From positions 123,752,001-123,816,000 of the forward strand of contig NC_043001.1 of the NCBI RefSeq assembly GCF_006345805.1: a DNA stretch of 64,000 bases. The letters run 5' to 3'. Positions 50,985 to 64,000 of the stretch are shown here, piece by piece. The notes below the pieces were generated by a model. That model did no database searches and had not been told where the DNA came from. It saw only the letters and a program-made list of their open reading frames with translations. Source of the DNA: Octopus sinensis. Lineage: Eukaryota. Position numbers and translations under genes: made by a program. The first letter of the stretch is position 1. The number at the start of each line of letters is the position of its first letter.

Positions 50985-51238
50985 CTAAACAGAAACTGAT
51001 TGAAGCCCGTCGTATATATGTCTATATTTGTGTTTGTGTGTGCCTGTGTTTATGCCCCCACTATCGCTTGACAACCGATGTCGGTGTGTTTACGGCCCTG
51101 TAACTTACCGGTTCGGCAAGGAAGACCGATAGAATAAGCATTAGGCTTACAAAGAATAAGTCCCTGAGTAGATTTGTCGACTAAAGGCGCCTCTCCAGCA
51201 AGGCTGCCGTTAAATTACAAAAACAAGTAAAAGAATAA
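50985..51238 (+). mobile_element. SINE family B, 5'-truncated
   Basis: gaagcccgtcgtatatatg...cgcttgacaaccgatgtcggtgtgtttac...aaacaagtaaaag. Confidence 0.75.
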
Positions 51239-51332
51239 GAAACTAAGCCACTTTAATCCCAAGCAACACCGGGTATCTCTGCTAGTATATATACATATAT
51301 ATATGTGTGTGTGTGTGTGGGTGTGTGTGTGT

Positions 51333-51371
<39 letters not shown>

Positions 51372-51640
51372 TGTGTGTGTGTGTGTATGTGTGTGTGTGT
51401 GTGTGTGTATACATGTATATATGTGTTTGTGTGTGCACATTAGTTATAATTATAGAAATCAGCCAATCACCATTATTCATAGTTCCAAAGCTAGCATTCA
51501 AATAAAATTCTATATCTACATACTGGAGCGATGAAACTTCATAATATATATTGACTGATTTCTATAATTGCAAAAATATATAAAAAAAACTTACTCTATA
51601 GTCTTCACATTGAACGCTCATTTTATACATGAAACCAATC

Positions 51641-51679
<39 letters not shown>

Positions 51680-51754
51680 TTATACACACATATATATGCA
51701 TGGTTGTGTGTGTGCGTATGTAGCTCTCTCTCTGTGATTACACTTACAACGGTA

Positions 51755-51787
<33 letters not shown>

Positions 51788-52128
51788 AACTACTACTGCA
51801 GATAAGAAATATTGTAAGAATATCAACATATTTTGAATATATGAACACATGCACAATTGTGCACTGAATGTCTAGACTTTGAAAAGTATTACATTTTTAA
51901 TTTTCTGAAATGCCTTACGGAAAAACTATACGGAAATTGATATGAATTTTGAAGAAATTATATATATTGGAGGCACTATTTATTGAATATCCTCCGAACA
52001 ATTTCATAGCTTTGTTATATTAATTTCTGCAATTCTGAATTCCAAATACAACACAACTGATTGATCTCTCTTCATTTCAATATTTCTAAAGAAATATCAG
52101 CTCTCTGTTTAGATCCAGCTCTAGAGCC

Positions 52129-52346
52129 TATTTCTTTACTACCCACAAGAGGCTAAACATAGAGGAGACAAACAAGGACAGACAAACGGATTAAGTCGAT
52201 TACATCGACCCCAGTGCGTAACTGGTACTTAATTTATCGACCCCGAAAGGATGAAAGGCAAAGTCGACCTCGGCGGAATTTGAACTCAGAATGTAACAGC
52301 AGACGAAATACGGCTACGAATTTCGCCCGGCGTGCTAACGTTTCTG
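52129..52346 (-). mobile_element. SINE family A with 14-bp direct repeat
   Basis: ccagctctagagcc at 52115-52128 and 52347-52360; its first 7 nt also match the SINE 5' end (microhomology). Confidence 0.9.
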
Positions 52347-52800
52347 CCAGCTCTAGAGCCGTGTTATAACACCTATAATAAAAAAAAAAGACTCTTGCAA
52401 CAGCGACCTTCCATTTTAATTCTTCTTGGTCAACTCCCTACTAATATGGCGGGGTTTAATTTAAGGGATATTGAACCGTCAGTTCCAGCAAGTAAATAAC
52501 TACGGGGCGGCTCTCTCGTGTCGGCATAAATTTCAATAATATATTCTTTCACTGTTGTACTTCTTCCGTCATTTATTGTCGCCTGTGCTGGGGCACCGCC
52601 TTGATGTGTTCGCTCGGACAATTTCACCACATGGTATAGTTTTATAATCTGGTACTTATTCCATCGATCATTTTTGTCGTGCTCCTAAGTGATACAGAAT
52701 AAAACAAACCACCACCAGTTATTAAGTGACAAGAGACAGACATAAACACACAAATACAAACACATAAGTATTCATATGCATATATGTATGTACATATAAG

Positions 52801-53198
52801 GGCGGCTGGCTGGCAGAATCGTTAGCACGATCGGGCGAAATGCTTAGCCATATTTGGGCTAAGTTCAAATTCCGCCGTGGTCGTCTTTGCCTTTCATCCC
52901 TTCGGGGTCGATTAAATGAGCACTAGTTACGCACTGGGGTCGATATAATCAACTTAATCCGTTTCTCTTCTTTGTTTGTCCTCTCTGTGTTTAGCTCCTT
53001 GTGCGTAGTAAAGAAATAGGTATTTCGGCTGCCGTTACGTTCTAAGTTCAAATTACGCCGAGGCCGACTTTGCCTTTCATCTTTTCGGGATCGATTAAAT
53101 AACTACCAGTTACGTACTGGGGTCGATATAATCAACTTAAACCCTTAGTCTGTCCTTGTTTGTCCCCTCTATGTTTAGCCCCCTGTGAGCAATAAAAA
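52801..53198 (+). mobile_element. Head-to-tail SINE A dimer
   Basis: Full unit 52801-53020, then a second unit starting tatttcggctgccg at 53021. Confidence 0.85.
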
Positions 53199-54720
53199 TT
53201 AAATATGTATGTACGTGCAATGTCCGAGGGATACATATGGACATATGAAATAATTGCATAAAACATGGCAAACCAAATGTATCTTAATAAAAATTTGTGC
53301 ACAGATTCTCGATAAGCATTCTTATTAGATTATTCTTTGGTTTCACTTTCTGCTTCGATGACTGCTTCAGTGAAAGACCAAAATTGTGTGCGTTGCGCCA
53401 ATCAAATTCATTCACAAGGAATCAATCGGCTATGCCCTGGATCTAGAATCACTCGATTCACTCCTACTCTATTAACATATATTTTACGAATGATAACCAA
53501 CCAACACTGGACAAACTCAAAACTTTATTTATTCGTAAGTTCGCTGTCAGAAGATCAAATACCTTCGCTACTCGCATTTACATGTCAGCCTTTTTTTATA
53601 AAGGTGAAAGCGTGAGACCTCGTGGATCAGTGGTAGAATTCTCTGACATGAATTTGTGGACCCGAATATTAGATTGGACGGGGAGCTGTATCATTGAGTG
53701 ATACACTTCATTTCACATTGCTCATGTCTACTCAGCTTAAATTGAATACCAGTTGAATACGAGTGCTACTCTTCATCTTACCTGTTGCCAAATTAACGTT
53801 GTTTCGCTGTTTCAAGGATGAGTCCAGGGATGAATCTATATCTCCTGATGGCTACATAACCACAAAAAAATTCAAAAGCATGGTACGTTACCACAACATA
53901 TACATTTGCAAAATGATGTTTATATCTTTTATGGTGGTCAGAAAAATATATCTAATCCTTATTACTTCCACTTCACTGAACACCCTAAACTTTGGAATAA
54001 ATTAGTTGTTACATTCTATAAAATGGGTTTGCGTTGAGATGTAGGTATGCTTGGACTCTTGCATTTGTAGCTTGCTTATAGAAAGTGTAAGAGAAACTAA
54101 ATATAAATAAATTACATTTATATTGCAATTATAAGAACCAGAATATAGTCTTAAGTAAAAAAAGTAAAAAAAAAAAGAATAACATGGAAAACATCAGATA
54201 AAAGAGAAAGTTACTGGCTTCCCACCAAAGTATATTCTCTGCCAGAATAAGCAATCAATTATGAGAAAATGTCAAAAATGGTATATTAAATCACTGTCAA
54301 CATGGAAGATTGATTTAAATTCTGAAAGAAAGAGGTCAGCATTTCTGCGGTTTGAAAAGTACAGAAGACATAAATTTCAAGATATATTTATTTTTCTGTT
54401 TGTTTATTTTTGAAACAGAAAGATTTTTCTCTGTTGTCAGAATAAAAAAGCATCTTCCGTGTAAATATGATTTGAGCCAAATAATATTACACATTCTGTT
54501 CCGTGTTGATATCGACGATTACATCACTTTTAGCAAAATTAATTCGTGCTGTGTAACATGAATTAGTTTGATACGCAATAATCATAACTTGCAACGATAT
54601 GTCGCAGACGATCTGACCTTTAAATATAATTAAAATGCCTTTGTTCTCTTTTGCTGGACTTTGTTCACTTTAATTTTCCTTTCAAACTGTGTGTAATATA
54701 TATATATATCTGTCTGTCTG

Positions 54721-54776
<56 letters not shown>

Positions 54777-55149
54777 ATAGGCATACATCACATACACACA
54801 CATTCACAAATATGAACACAAATGCAGACATATATATTAATTTCGTATAAGCACGACGTAATGCAGCAATCATAGATACAATAGACTTCGTGTGTGAAAT
54901 TATATCTAGAATCTATATATAGGAACGAATGTTTCGACCTGGCTCTAAATTATACTCACGGTTTCTGCGACTGATGAAGCGATCATGTTGAGACACTCAC
55001 ACATATCTGTTAGGCCAAAGACATATTTTGGGGAATTGCTGCTGAGGCAAATTCACATTCTTCTATATATAGTTGAGTCAAAAATAAATTTACATATCTC
55101 TAATTTGATCCTTGCTTTTCCTTGTGTTTCTACGTATTCTTATCCATTC

Positions 55150-55440
55150 GATCCTTTCAGGGTGCTGGAAACATCTGAGGAGGTTTGCATAGCTTGTGCA
55201 CTCACTCTGTTGTTGACTATCTTCACACAGCCCCACTATAACATTCCCGACTATACTTCCAGAAACCTTTGGAAATCCAGGCATCTGGAACGGCGTATTT
55301 GGCCGATAGAGTGAAAGTATCACATCTACTGCCTGACACGTCAGAGCCATTGATTTACCCTCTGTGTGCAAGGCGATGGTCTGTACCTCGAGATTTAGAC
55401 TTTTCGAACCAATACTGCCACCTCCTTATCCGATTCAGAC
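55150..55440 (-). pseudogene. Degenerate APE-endonuclease fragment of an L1/Tx1-like ORF2
   Basis: Across frameshifts: VAVLVRKSLNLEVQTIALHTEGK...SLYRPN...DFQRFLEV, resembling Tx1 endonuclease GxAVLxRK...VYAPN...DFFRRLE. Confidence 0.45.
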
Positions 55441-55834
55441 AGACTAAGAAATGTGTATATCTAGAATATATGAAATATAAGTGCCAGTGTGCACGTGTCG
55501 AGTTTCCTAATCTCACTGACTGAATAATAACACACACACACACAAGAGAAAATAATAGCCTTTCTCCTACAGTTTCCAAGTGCTTTGAAAAATATATTAA
55601 GAATATTTGAGCTGCTGTCAGGCTAGAGGTGTTCCACAAGACAGCATTGTTGGGTACAGCTCACATTCTAAGGAGAGCGTTGTCTTTTTGAGTCATTGGA
55701 GAAGGTACTACTTGAAACCTTTTCTGATTTGTTGTTATCTGCTTTCAAGTAAAGAACAACCGGTGGTTAAGAACTATCCGAGAGTCTTTCATAGTAGTAG
55801 TAGTAGTATTAGTAGTAGTAGTAATAATAATAGC

Positions 55835-58800
55835 TAGAGCAAAAAGAAAAAAAATCGTTGGTTCACAGAATTAGAGCTCGAAGCTATCAAAAGACGGGTA
55901 TTGGAAAATACCAGCAGAGATAATGATGAAAATACAGTAGTGGTACTTTAATTGATGAGAGACATATAGATGATCCGAAAGAAGACAATAAAACTAATTG
56001 TGATATGACAGATGAACAAAAGGCAATCTACGATAGAATACAGACAGGACTACAGGAGAACGATTATGACATTATTTGCAACCTTAAAAAGGTTGATCGG
56101 GGGAAATTGAACCAAGAAACGAAAAATGTCAATGAAATTCTGAAATACATCAGAACAAACATCACAGAAATAAATAATTTGATTAAGGCAGCAAGTTTTG
56201 TTGTTGCAGAAAACGTGGGTGTTGATGTCAAGAAGAAGAAACATAATGGGAGTGACAAAAGAAAATATCCATGGTGGAAAAGAAGAATACAGGCAGGGTT
56301 AGATATTCTCTCGAATGAAATTTCTGTGTTAGACCGAAAAGAGAAAGGGGAGCTTAACAACAAGCAAAAATACAGGGCACTGAAAAGGAAATATAATATT
56401 GAAAGAAAAGGACTTAAAGTGGTAATGGAGAAACCGAAACAGCGCCTCGTTGCAAAGAAAGCAAAGATGGTAAGATACGACCAAAGAATGAAGGGTTATC
56501 AGCAGAATAGGTTATTCAGAGTAGATCAGAAGAGATTCTATAAAGAAATAAATGGAGAGTGTACGGATGAAAAGTTGATACTTGATAACATTCCGTATGC
56601 TATCAGTAACTTAGCCATGTTATGGATCGACTATCGCTAGGCGTACGATATGATACCACATTCTTGGATTATGGAATGTAAGAACCTATTTGGTATTGTT
56701 GAGCAATTTCTTGGAAAAAGTATGGCGAAATGGAGGACGGACAGTCAAAGGTTTTGGAGTGATATCTGGAGCAAAGACAAGGAACACAAGAAGGATGTTG
56801 AATGGTTGCAAGAACTAAAATAAACAATAGTCTGCCCAAAACAGGGTAGAACTAGTCATTTCAGTTAGGGAAGTGAAGGAAATCAGCAAAAAAATAATCA
56901 ACTGGAAGGCCCTGGGACCAGATGGAGTTCAAGGCTATTGGATCAAAAGGTTTGGTGAATGTCATGCACGAATAGCTGCGCAACTCAATACCTTGTTAAA
57001 TGCCGACCAAGTGACACTAGAGTGGTTGACATTGGGTAGGACAGTGCTGTGCTTGAAAGTATCGAAAAAGGCAATAAGGTAGACAATTACAGGGCGATAT
57101 CCTGTTTGCTACTTATGTGGAAATTGTTGACTGGAATAGTCGCAGAGTCAATGTACGAATATCTGGAAAAAATGGAGTGCTGCCACATGAGCAAAAGGGT
57201 TGTAAGCGTAAGTGCAGAGGTACCACGAATCAACTCCTCATAGACAAAACTGTATTTAGAGACTGCAAGAGGGGGAAAAGTAACTTAGCCATGTTATAGA
57301 TCGACTATCTTTAGGCGTACGATATGATACCACATTCTTGGATTATGGAATGTATGAACCTATTTGGTATTGCATCGATTGTTGAGCGATTGCTTGGAAA
57401 AAGAATGGCGAATTGGAGGACGGACCTGACAGCATACGGAAGAAGTTTAAGGACAATAGAAATCCCCACTGATTTTTGTACTATGCTTGATACCACTAAC
57501 ACTGATACTGAAAAAGGCAAAAGCTGGATATGTATTCAAAAGCCGCCAACAAAATGTCAACCATTTGTTATTCATGGATTACCTCAAACTTTATGGTAAA
57601 AATGAATTCGAAGTCCGTTCCCTCGTTGATACGGTGTATACTTTCAATGCTGATATCAGAATGGAGTTCGGACTGATAAAGTGTGGTGTGTTACTCTTGA
57701 AGAAAGGCAAAATCAAATGTATGGAAGGGCTAACGATATCGTCGAGGGAGGTTATGAAGCATATAGAAGAGACGGGCTATAAGTACTTGGGGATTTGGGA
57801 AATATACAAATTGATAGAGAAAGAAATGACAGAGAAATTTCAGGTGGAGTACTTACGCAGACTGAGACTGATCCTTAAGTCGAAATTAAACGGTCGGAAT
57901 AAGATTGGAGCAATCAAAACCTGAGCTATTTCACTCCTTAGATATGGAGCAGGGGTAATCGCATGGACAGTAAATGAACTAAGCAGCTTAGACAGAAAGA
58001 CAAGGAAGTTACTAACTAGATATGGGACACTCCACCCAAAAAGTGACACAGACAGACTGAATGTACCAAGTAAAAGAAAGGGAAGAGGACTTATTGGATG
58101 CGAACACAGCATGAGAGCAGAAGAAAACAACATAGAATGGTATGTAAATAATGCCACAGAACCGCTGTTATTAGCAGTAAGAAGGTCAGGCTTGTGTGGG
58201 ATGAAAGACTGCAAATATAAAGCATTGTACAAGCAATTGAAAACAAATGAAACAGAAAATAGGTTGGTAAAGAAAAGAATGCATGGACAATTTGATAGGG
58301 CTGTTGAAAATAAGAAAGACATAGAAAAAAGAGATGGCTGTGGATGACTAAAAGCGATTTAAAACCGGAAACGGAGGCTCTTATCTGTGCTTCCAAAGAT
58401 AAAGCACGAAGAACAAATTACATAAAATTACAGAATAGACAACACATCAGAAAGTGGTAAGTACAGAATTTGTGAACAAAACGGCGAAACCGTATGGCAT
58501 ATGACCAGTCAATGTACGCCACTAGCCCAGAAGGAATAAAAGAGACGGCACGACAATATAGCAAGGCTTGTCCATTGGACACTTTGCAACAATTATGGAC
58601 TTGACAGAGCAAAAAATTGGTACGACCACAAAGCCGAAGGCATCATCGAAAATAATAATCCTATGGGATTTTATGATTCAGTGCGACGATGAGATAGGGA
58701 ATAGGAAACCAGACATAGTCTTAATTGGGAAAGAAAGCAAACTATGCTGGACCATAGATATAGCATGCCCAGCTAACAACAAGGCATGCGATAAGGAAAA

Positions 58801-59080
58801 AGAAAAGTCGATAGATATGACAGGTTAGCTTGGGAGGTTAAGCAGTTGTGGTCGATGAAAAAGGTGGTAGTAGTACCAATAATTGTCAGAGTCCTGGGAA
58901 TCTTGAGAAGTACATGGAACAAATAGGGGCTGCAATAAGGATGGAGCACTTGCAAACAGAACTACTTGGAACCACTAGAATACTCCGGAAGGTTTCGAAA
59001 AATAAGGGATGCTACCTTAGTTCACTGGTAGTGAACAGCTGATACCGTAGTACATCTCCAGCGACAGAATCTGTGCAAAG
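55835..59080 (+). mobile_element. R4/Dong-clade non-LTR retrotransposon (RT plus restriction-like endonuclease), 5'-truncated, defective
   Basis: [22 protein letters not shown]...WKLLTG, EQKGC, AYDMIPHSWI, HLLFMDYLKLYG, YKYLGI, ETVWHMTSQC...RHDNIARLVHW, RKPDIVLI...IDIACP and LLGTTRILRKV. Bounded by (TAG/TAA)n at both ends; many stops and frameshifts. Confidence 0.9.
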
Positions 59081-59129
59081 GTAATAATAGTAATAAACAT
59101 AATAAAAAATAATGATAATGACGATAATA

Positions 59130-59400
59130 AAAAGAAGGGGAAGAAGAAGAGGGGGAAGAAGAAGAAGGAAAAGAAGAAGAAGGAAAAGAATAAGAAGAAG
59201 AAAAAGAAGAAAAAGAAAAAGAAGAAAAAAAAAGAAGAAAAAGAAGAAAAAGAAAAGAAGAAATAGTAGTAAGAATAAGGAGGAGGAGGAGGAAAAGAAG
59301 AAGAAGAAGAAGAAGAAGAAGAAGAAGAAGAAAAAGAAGAAAAAGAAGAAGAAGAAGAAGAAGAAGAAGAAGAAGAAGAGGAAAAAGAACAGGAAGAAAA
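59130..59400. repeat. (GAA)n-rich homopurine tract
   Basis: Long runs of gaa/aag/gga; source of the poly-K and poly-F pseudo-ORFs. Confidence 0.9.
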
Positions 59401-59482
59401 ATCTTTCTAATTCTGGTACAAATCCAGCAATTTTAAGGGAGACGGCTGCTTGATTACAGTGATACAATTCCTTGATAAGTAC

Positions 59483-59518
<36 letters not shown>

Positions 59519-59980
59519 TCCCGAAAGAATGTAACACAATGTCGAATTGCAGCACCCTGATTGTCGCAATGAAACGGAGTCATTTACGTATATAATTTAC
59601 TAATATTGGGATCACATCGATCTCAATATTATCATTTGGTCAGTGTGTTTTACCACATGAATTGTCTCCAATTGATATGATTGTCATGAATTGCAGTTAA
59701 GTGAGTTTCTGCCTATGTTGTCGTTGTATTTTTGTTGTTTTTTTTTGCTTTATTTTACCCCGAGGAAGAATTGGAATTCAGAAAATTCCCAAATAGGAAT
59801 ATTTCGAATTCTTCATTTGAAAATACTGCTTTCAAATGTTGTCCGATAGTGTAACATTCTAGTAATATCTACACAGCACCTATGTAGATATGTAGATAAA
59901 TATCTACATATCTACATAGGAACTTACGTACAAACATACAAGCATACACATGTATGTGTTTGTATGAACTTTGAAGATAC

Positions 59981-60021
<41 letters not shown>

Positions 60022-60084
60022 TCTTATATATATATGGGTGTGTGCATAATACAGACATAAATATGTTTACACACGCACACACGC

Positions 60085-60142
<58 letters not shown>

Positions 60143-60711
60143 CTTTATCAGCAAGTTTATTACTAGTCTCTTAACCCTTCTCGCATGTCTATAGAGAAGA
60201 ACATTTATCCTTCGTGGAAACGAGATGCCTCATTCTCTCCGCTGTTGTTTTAAATTTATATGGACATGTTAGATACCACAGTCCTCGATATAGTATCTCA
60301 GAGAAAAATATGAGACAGTTGGGGCAAGAAACCTTTCTTCATAGTATGATTGTTCTCAGGTTTGACTTAACAAAATTTGCTTCACTATATACATAATTAC
60401 AAGTGACACAAACATTAATACAAAATGTTCTTTGTAGGCTTATAAATAGTTGCAGCTTCAAATTTGAAAAGCAAATCGGCCGCTCAACATTACTTATGTA
60501 AATTCACTCAATAGTCTTTTTGGTCAAGCTAGGACGTACTTCGCAGGAATAATGAACTCCAAATTGCGTGGTAGTGAAGCAAATTTTCTGAACTAAAAAC
60601 ATATCTATACGGTCTTATGAGGAAACCTATACATGACATGTCAGCTTAAGGGAATATATGATACACTGGACAGTGTAGATTTAGATAGTCGACATGAGAT
60701 GATCTTACCTA

Positions 60712-60926
60712 TTTCTTTACTGCCCACAAGGGGCTAAACACAGAGGGGACAAACAAGGACAGACAAACGGATTAAGTCGATTATATCGAACAAGTGCGAA
60801 ACTGGTACTTAATTTATCGACCCCGAAAGGATGAAAGGCGGAATTTGAACTCGGAACGTAACGGAAGACGAAATACTGCTAAGCATTTCGCCCGGCGTGC
60901 TAACGTTTCTGCAAACTCGCCGCCTT
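60712..60926 (-). mobile_element. SINE family A with internal deletions
   Basis: Family A sequence from cctatttctttactgcccacaagggg to ctcgccgcc; lacks aaagtcgacctcgg. Confidence 0.85.
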
Positions 60927-61782
60927 ACCTTACCTGGAGGTCAGCTCGATGAGGTTTGACCAGGTGTGGCTCAAACGTAACCAACTTCAGGAAATGTTTA
61001 TTCCAAAATAATTTGTTCACCTGCGTTCCTTGATCTAGTGAAACACCCAAATCCCCATACAATAGCTACTTTCCTTTCCTTGGATTAATTATCGAAATAT
61101 TCACATATAATACGAAATCTTATCTGAGTAATTGTGTTTGACCTTCGCGCCATTTGGCGAGAATATTCTCAATATATCTTCAAGGTGTTTGCAAATTGAA
61201 CTGGATTGGTTTTATGCAGCTTGCGTGAGATTAATCGATATTTATTGGTAATTGATAGATTCATATATATTAATATTTCCAAAGTTTGTACAGCAAATAT
61301 GTATATATGCGCTCATTCCCACCCGTTTCAATTGACATCTGTTATAAGTTTCTATTATTGGATTACGTCAATGCTGAAGTATAGCATATAAGGGTTTGGT
61401 CGATTAGATCATTCCCAGCATTTGATTTATCTATCTGTAATTTGGAGACGCAAACCTAAGGGACATAAAGGGACACAACAATTAAGTAACATTACTACTT
61501 AAATCAATGTATGTAAAGAAATGAATCTCCGAACGTATCCCATTATCCGATCAACTGAATTAACATGTGACTAAGTAATCTATAGAGAATTAAACATGTA
61601 CCCCGAATGCAAATCCCCAGTAAAATCAGCGCGACAGTGTGCAACATCGCTGCACCATTGATTACTGGAACAGTCCACCCGATAAGCTTCCGCATAATTT
61701 GTGTATACTCTATTTCACTCACGAAGATTGGATCGATGCAAGGCAATCATAAATGACACTAGCTCAATATACCACATCGTAG

Positions 61783-62168
61783 TGGAGGCACAATGGCCCA
61801 GTGGTTGGGGCAGCGACCTCGCGGTCATAGGATCGCGGTTTCGATTCCCAGACCGGGTGCTGTGAGTGTTTATTGAGCGAAAACACCTAAAGCTCCACGA
61901 GGCTCCAGCAGGGGATGGTGGTGATCCCTGCTGTACTCTTTCACCACAACTTTCTCTCACTCTTACTTCCTGTTTCTGTTGTACCTGTATTTCAAGGGCC
62001 GGCCTTGTCACTCTCTGTGTCACGCTGAATATCCCCGAGAACTACGTTAAGGGTACACGTGTCTGTGGAGTGCTCAGCCACTTACACGTTAATTTCACGA
62101 GCAGGCTGTTCTGTTGATTCGGATCAACCGGAACCCTCATCGTCGTAACCGACGGAGTGCTTCCATCC
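61783..62168 (+). mobile_element. SINE family C, tail type 1, with 14-bp TSD
   Basis: TSD ataccacatcgtag at 61769-61782 and 62169-62182. Confidence 0.92.
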
Positions 62169-62590
62169 ATACCACATCGTAGGATCCAACCCTGACCCTC
62201 GTGATTACTGATAATTTTCTGAGTCAATTTACCATTGAATACCCATAATTGAACTTAAACACACACGCATATACACAAATATATGTGTTAGTGTTTGTAT
62301 GTGTAACAGACGGACAAGAATTACATAATTACTTTCATTAGGTTACCGCTGTTCCAGGCTTAAAGCTTTTTTTAAAGGCTGTGACAAAGGTGTGGGTTGT
62401 TATATCGGCACTTGCTAATGCGTGTGTGGTTCGTCTCGCTTAAAGACAAATTAATGAATGTTATTACATAACTATTGTTATTTTCTGGATTTATTTATTA
62501 CTATGTTGGTCAATACTTCCGTTGCATTTAAATAATAAATTGTCAATGAATCGACACTACCACACAGCTGGACGCTAGAGTTGTACGATG

Positions 62591-62658
<68 letters not shown>

Positions 62659-62685
62659 GTGTGTGTGTGTGGTGTGTGTGTGTGT

Positions 62686-62930
62686 GGAGGCGCAATGGCC
62701 CAGTAGTTTCAATTCCCAGACTGGGCGCTGTGTGTGTTTATTAAACGAAAACACCTAAAAGCTCCACGATGCTCCGGCAGGGGGTGGTGATCCCTGATGT
62801 ACTCTTTCACCACTCTTTCTCTCACTCTTTCTTCTGTTGGCCTGCTCGCTTAGCCAGCGGGGTGGCGTCATTCGAAGGCTAAAACTATGTGAACGCATTG
62901 TGACCAGCGATGTGTAGCAACATCTGATAT
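62686..62930 (+). mobile_element. SINE family C, tail type 2, with a deletion in the tRNA head
   Basis: ggaggcgcaatggcccagt joined directly to agtttcaattcccagac; tail matches the reverse complement of 21303-21400. Confidence 0.8.
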
Positions 62931-64000
62931 GTATATAAATATATACTTGTAGGTAGAATTATTCAAATGTATTTGTATACAAGATTAAACAAATAAATAA
63001 ACAATTGATATATTCATTTAACTTTATGGAATCTGGTTTTGTTGATATTACTTACATCTTTTGTACGTTCAAGTATTCTGCTTTCTTGAATGTTAATTCA
63101 TTTCTATTACAACAGGTCTTATAAAATACGTAGGAGTAAAACACTGAGATATGTTCAATTGACTGCATGCTATGTTACAAATCGCTTGTATTACATCAAT
63201 ATAAAATTTCAGTATACACCTGAAAGTAAAAATAAAATGAAACAGTACATAATATAAATATAGATTTATAGTTTTGAAAATCACGTCGAATACTTATATC
63301 CCTTAATACGGCATTTTATAATTAAGAAAAATAGGATTTCTTTTGTAAGAAGATAAACGAATATAAGATAGAGAAGCATCCTTATTCAAACAGCAAGGCA
63401 AAATTACTGTTTTAAAAGAATGAGGATTTCAAAATCATATAAAACCATAATAAATATTTCAGTTTCTTATGTGAAGTCATTTTTGCTTAAGCCAATTAAA
63501 ATTATGAAAGAAATGAATCTTTATCAAATTTTTTTCTGTCTTTAGATAACCGTAAAATTTGTGTAAATTGCTAGCTTAGGAGAAAGGGTACTGTACATGA
63601 CCTTTGCATTCTCTGTTGTTTTTTAATGTTCTTGATCATTCTTGTGTCAATTTCTAGGCTTCCAAAATGGCTTGAGAGAAACTTAATCTGTTGATATTGA
63701 GCCCCGAGTCAACCTTATTTGAGCAGAGTCAATGTAGAATGCATACCAACAATGATTATCTCGCAACTTCTGTTCAGATAACATGTACAGACTGAATTCT
63801 CTAATATGTCACATTTTAAGATGGAAAGGTATAATTTGAGGGGTATTTGCCTTCCATATCTAGCAGGTTGAGATACTTCTCAGAGACTTCCACATTGGTA
63901 CAAGATTAGAAGCGTCAGTTAGGAAAGCTGTATGGAACATTAGAATGATAACTGTATCCTAGAACTTAGTGTATGATTAATATCAGATATTAAAATAGCA

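Noticed and set aside
54965-54998. ctgatgaagcgatcatgttgagac, and atgatgaagagg...ccctgaaa at ~24097-24124, as hammerheads
   Set aside because: The cores or stems are too degenerate and no stem I/III can be assigned; at most decayed Penelope-type remnants.
59012-59569. 185-aa poly-F/L and 113-aa poly-K/R ORFs
   Set aside because: Artefacts of the (GAA)n tract.

Overview
Eukaryotic, AT-rich, microsatellite-dense non-coding DNA. I found no supportable host exon, and most ORFs in the track are translations of (TA)/(CA)/(TAA) repeats. The SINE families and repeat landscape look like a coleoid cephalopod (Octopus-type) genome; that assignment is inference. The window holds three tRNA-derived SINE families (my labels A, B, C), a full-length dead mariner, two non-autonomous Helitrons, a TIR MITE, RTE-clade fragments, a 3.2 kb dead R4/Dong-type element with several Dong tails in (TAA)n, and Penelope-type repeats carrying minimal hammerhead-like motifs. 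The most interesting signal is a possible three-part L1/Tx1-clade retroelement system. It comprises (i) one internally deleted copy linking ORF1 to RT (39.2-41.3 kb), (ii) four divergent ORF1-only, HAL1-like units, three of them clustered at 42.7-47.9 kb, with the same 3' UTR architecture seen at four loci, and (iii) the abundant SINE A, whose 3' tail matches that UTR terminus (23/25 nt with the copy at 45860-45884). Other notable structures are a twin-priming 5' inversion in an RTE copy, a tandem triplication of a 69-bp-arm hairpin, and a 62-bp near-perfect palindrome centred on a hammerhead-like core. All alignments were made by eye, and coordinates without a stated TSD or TIR are approximate.
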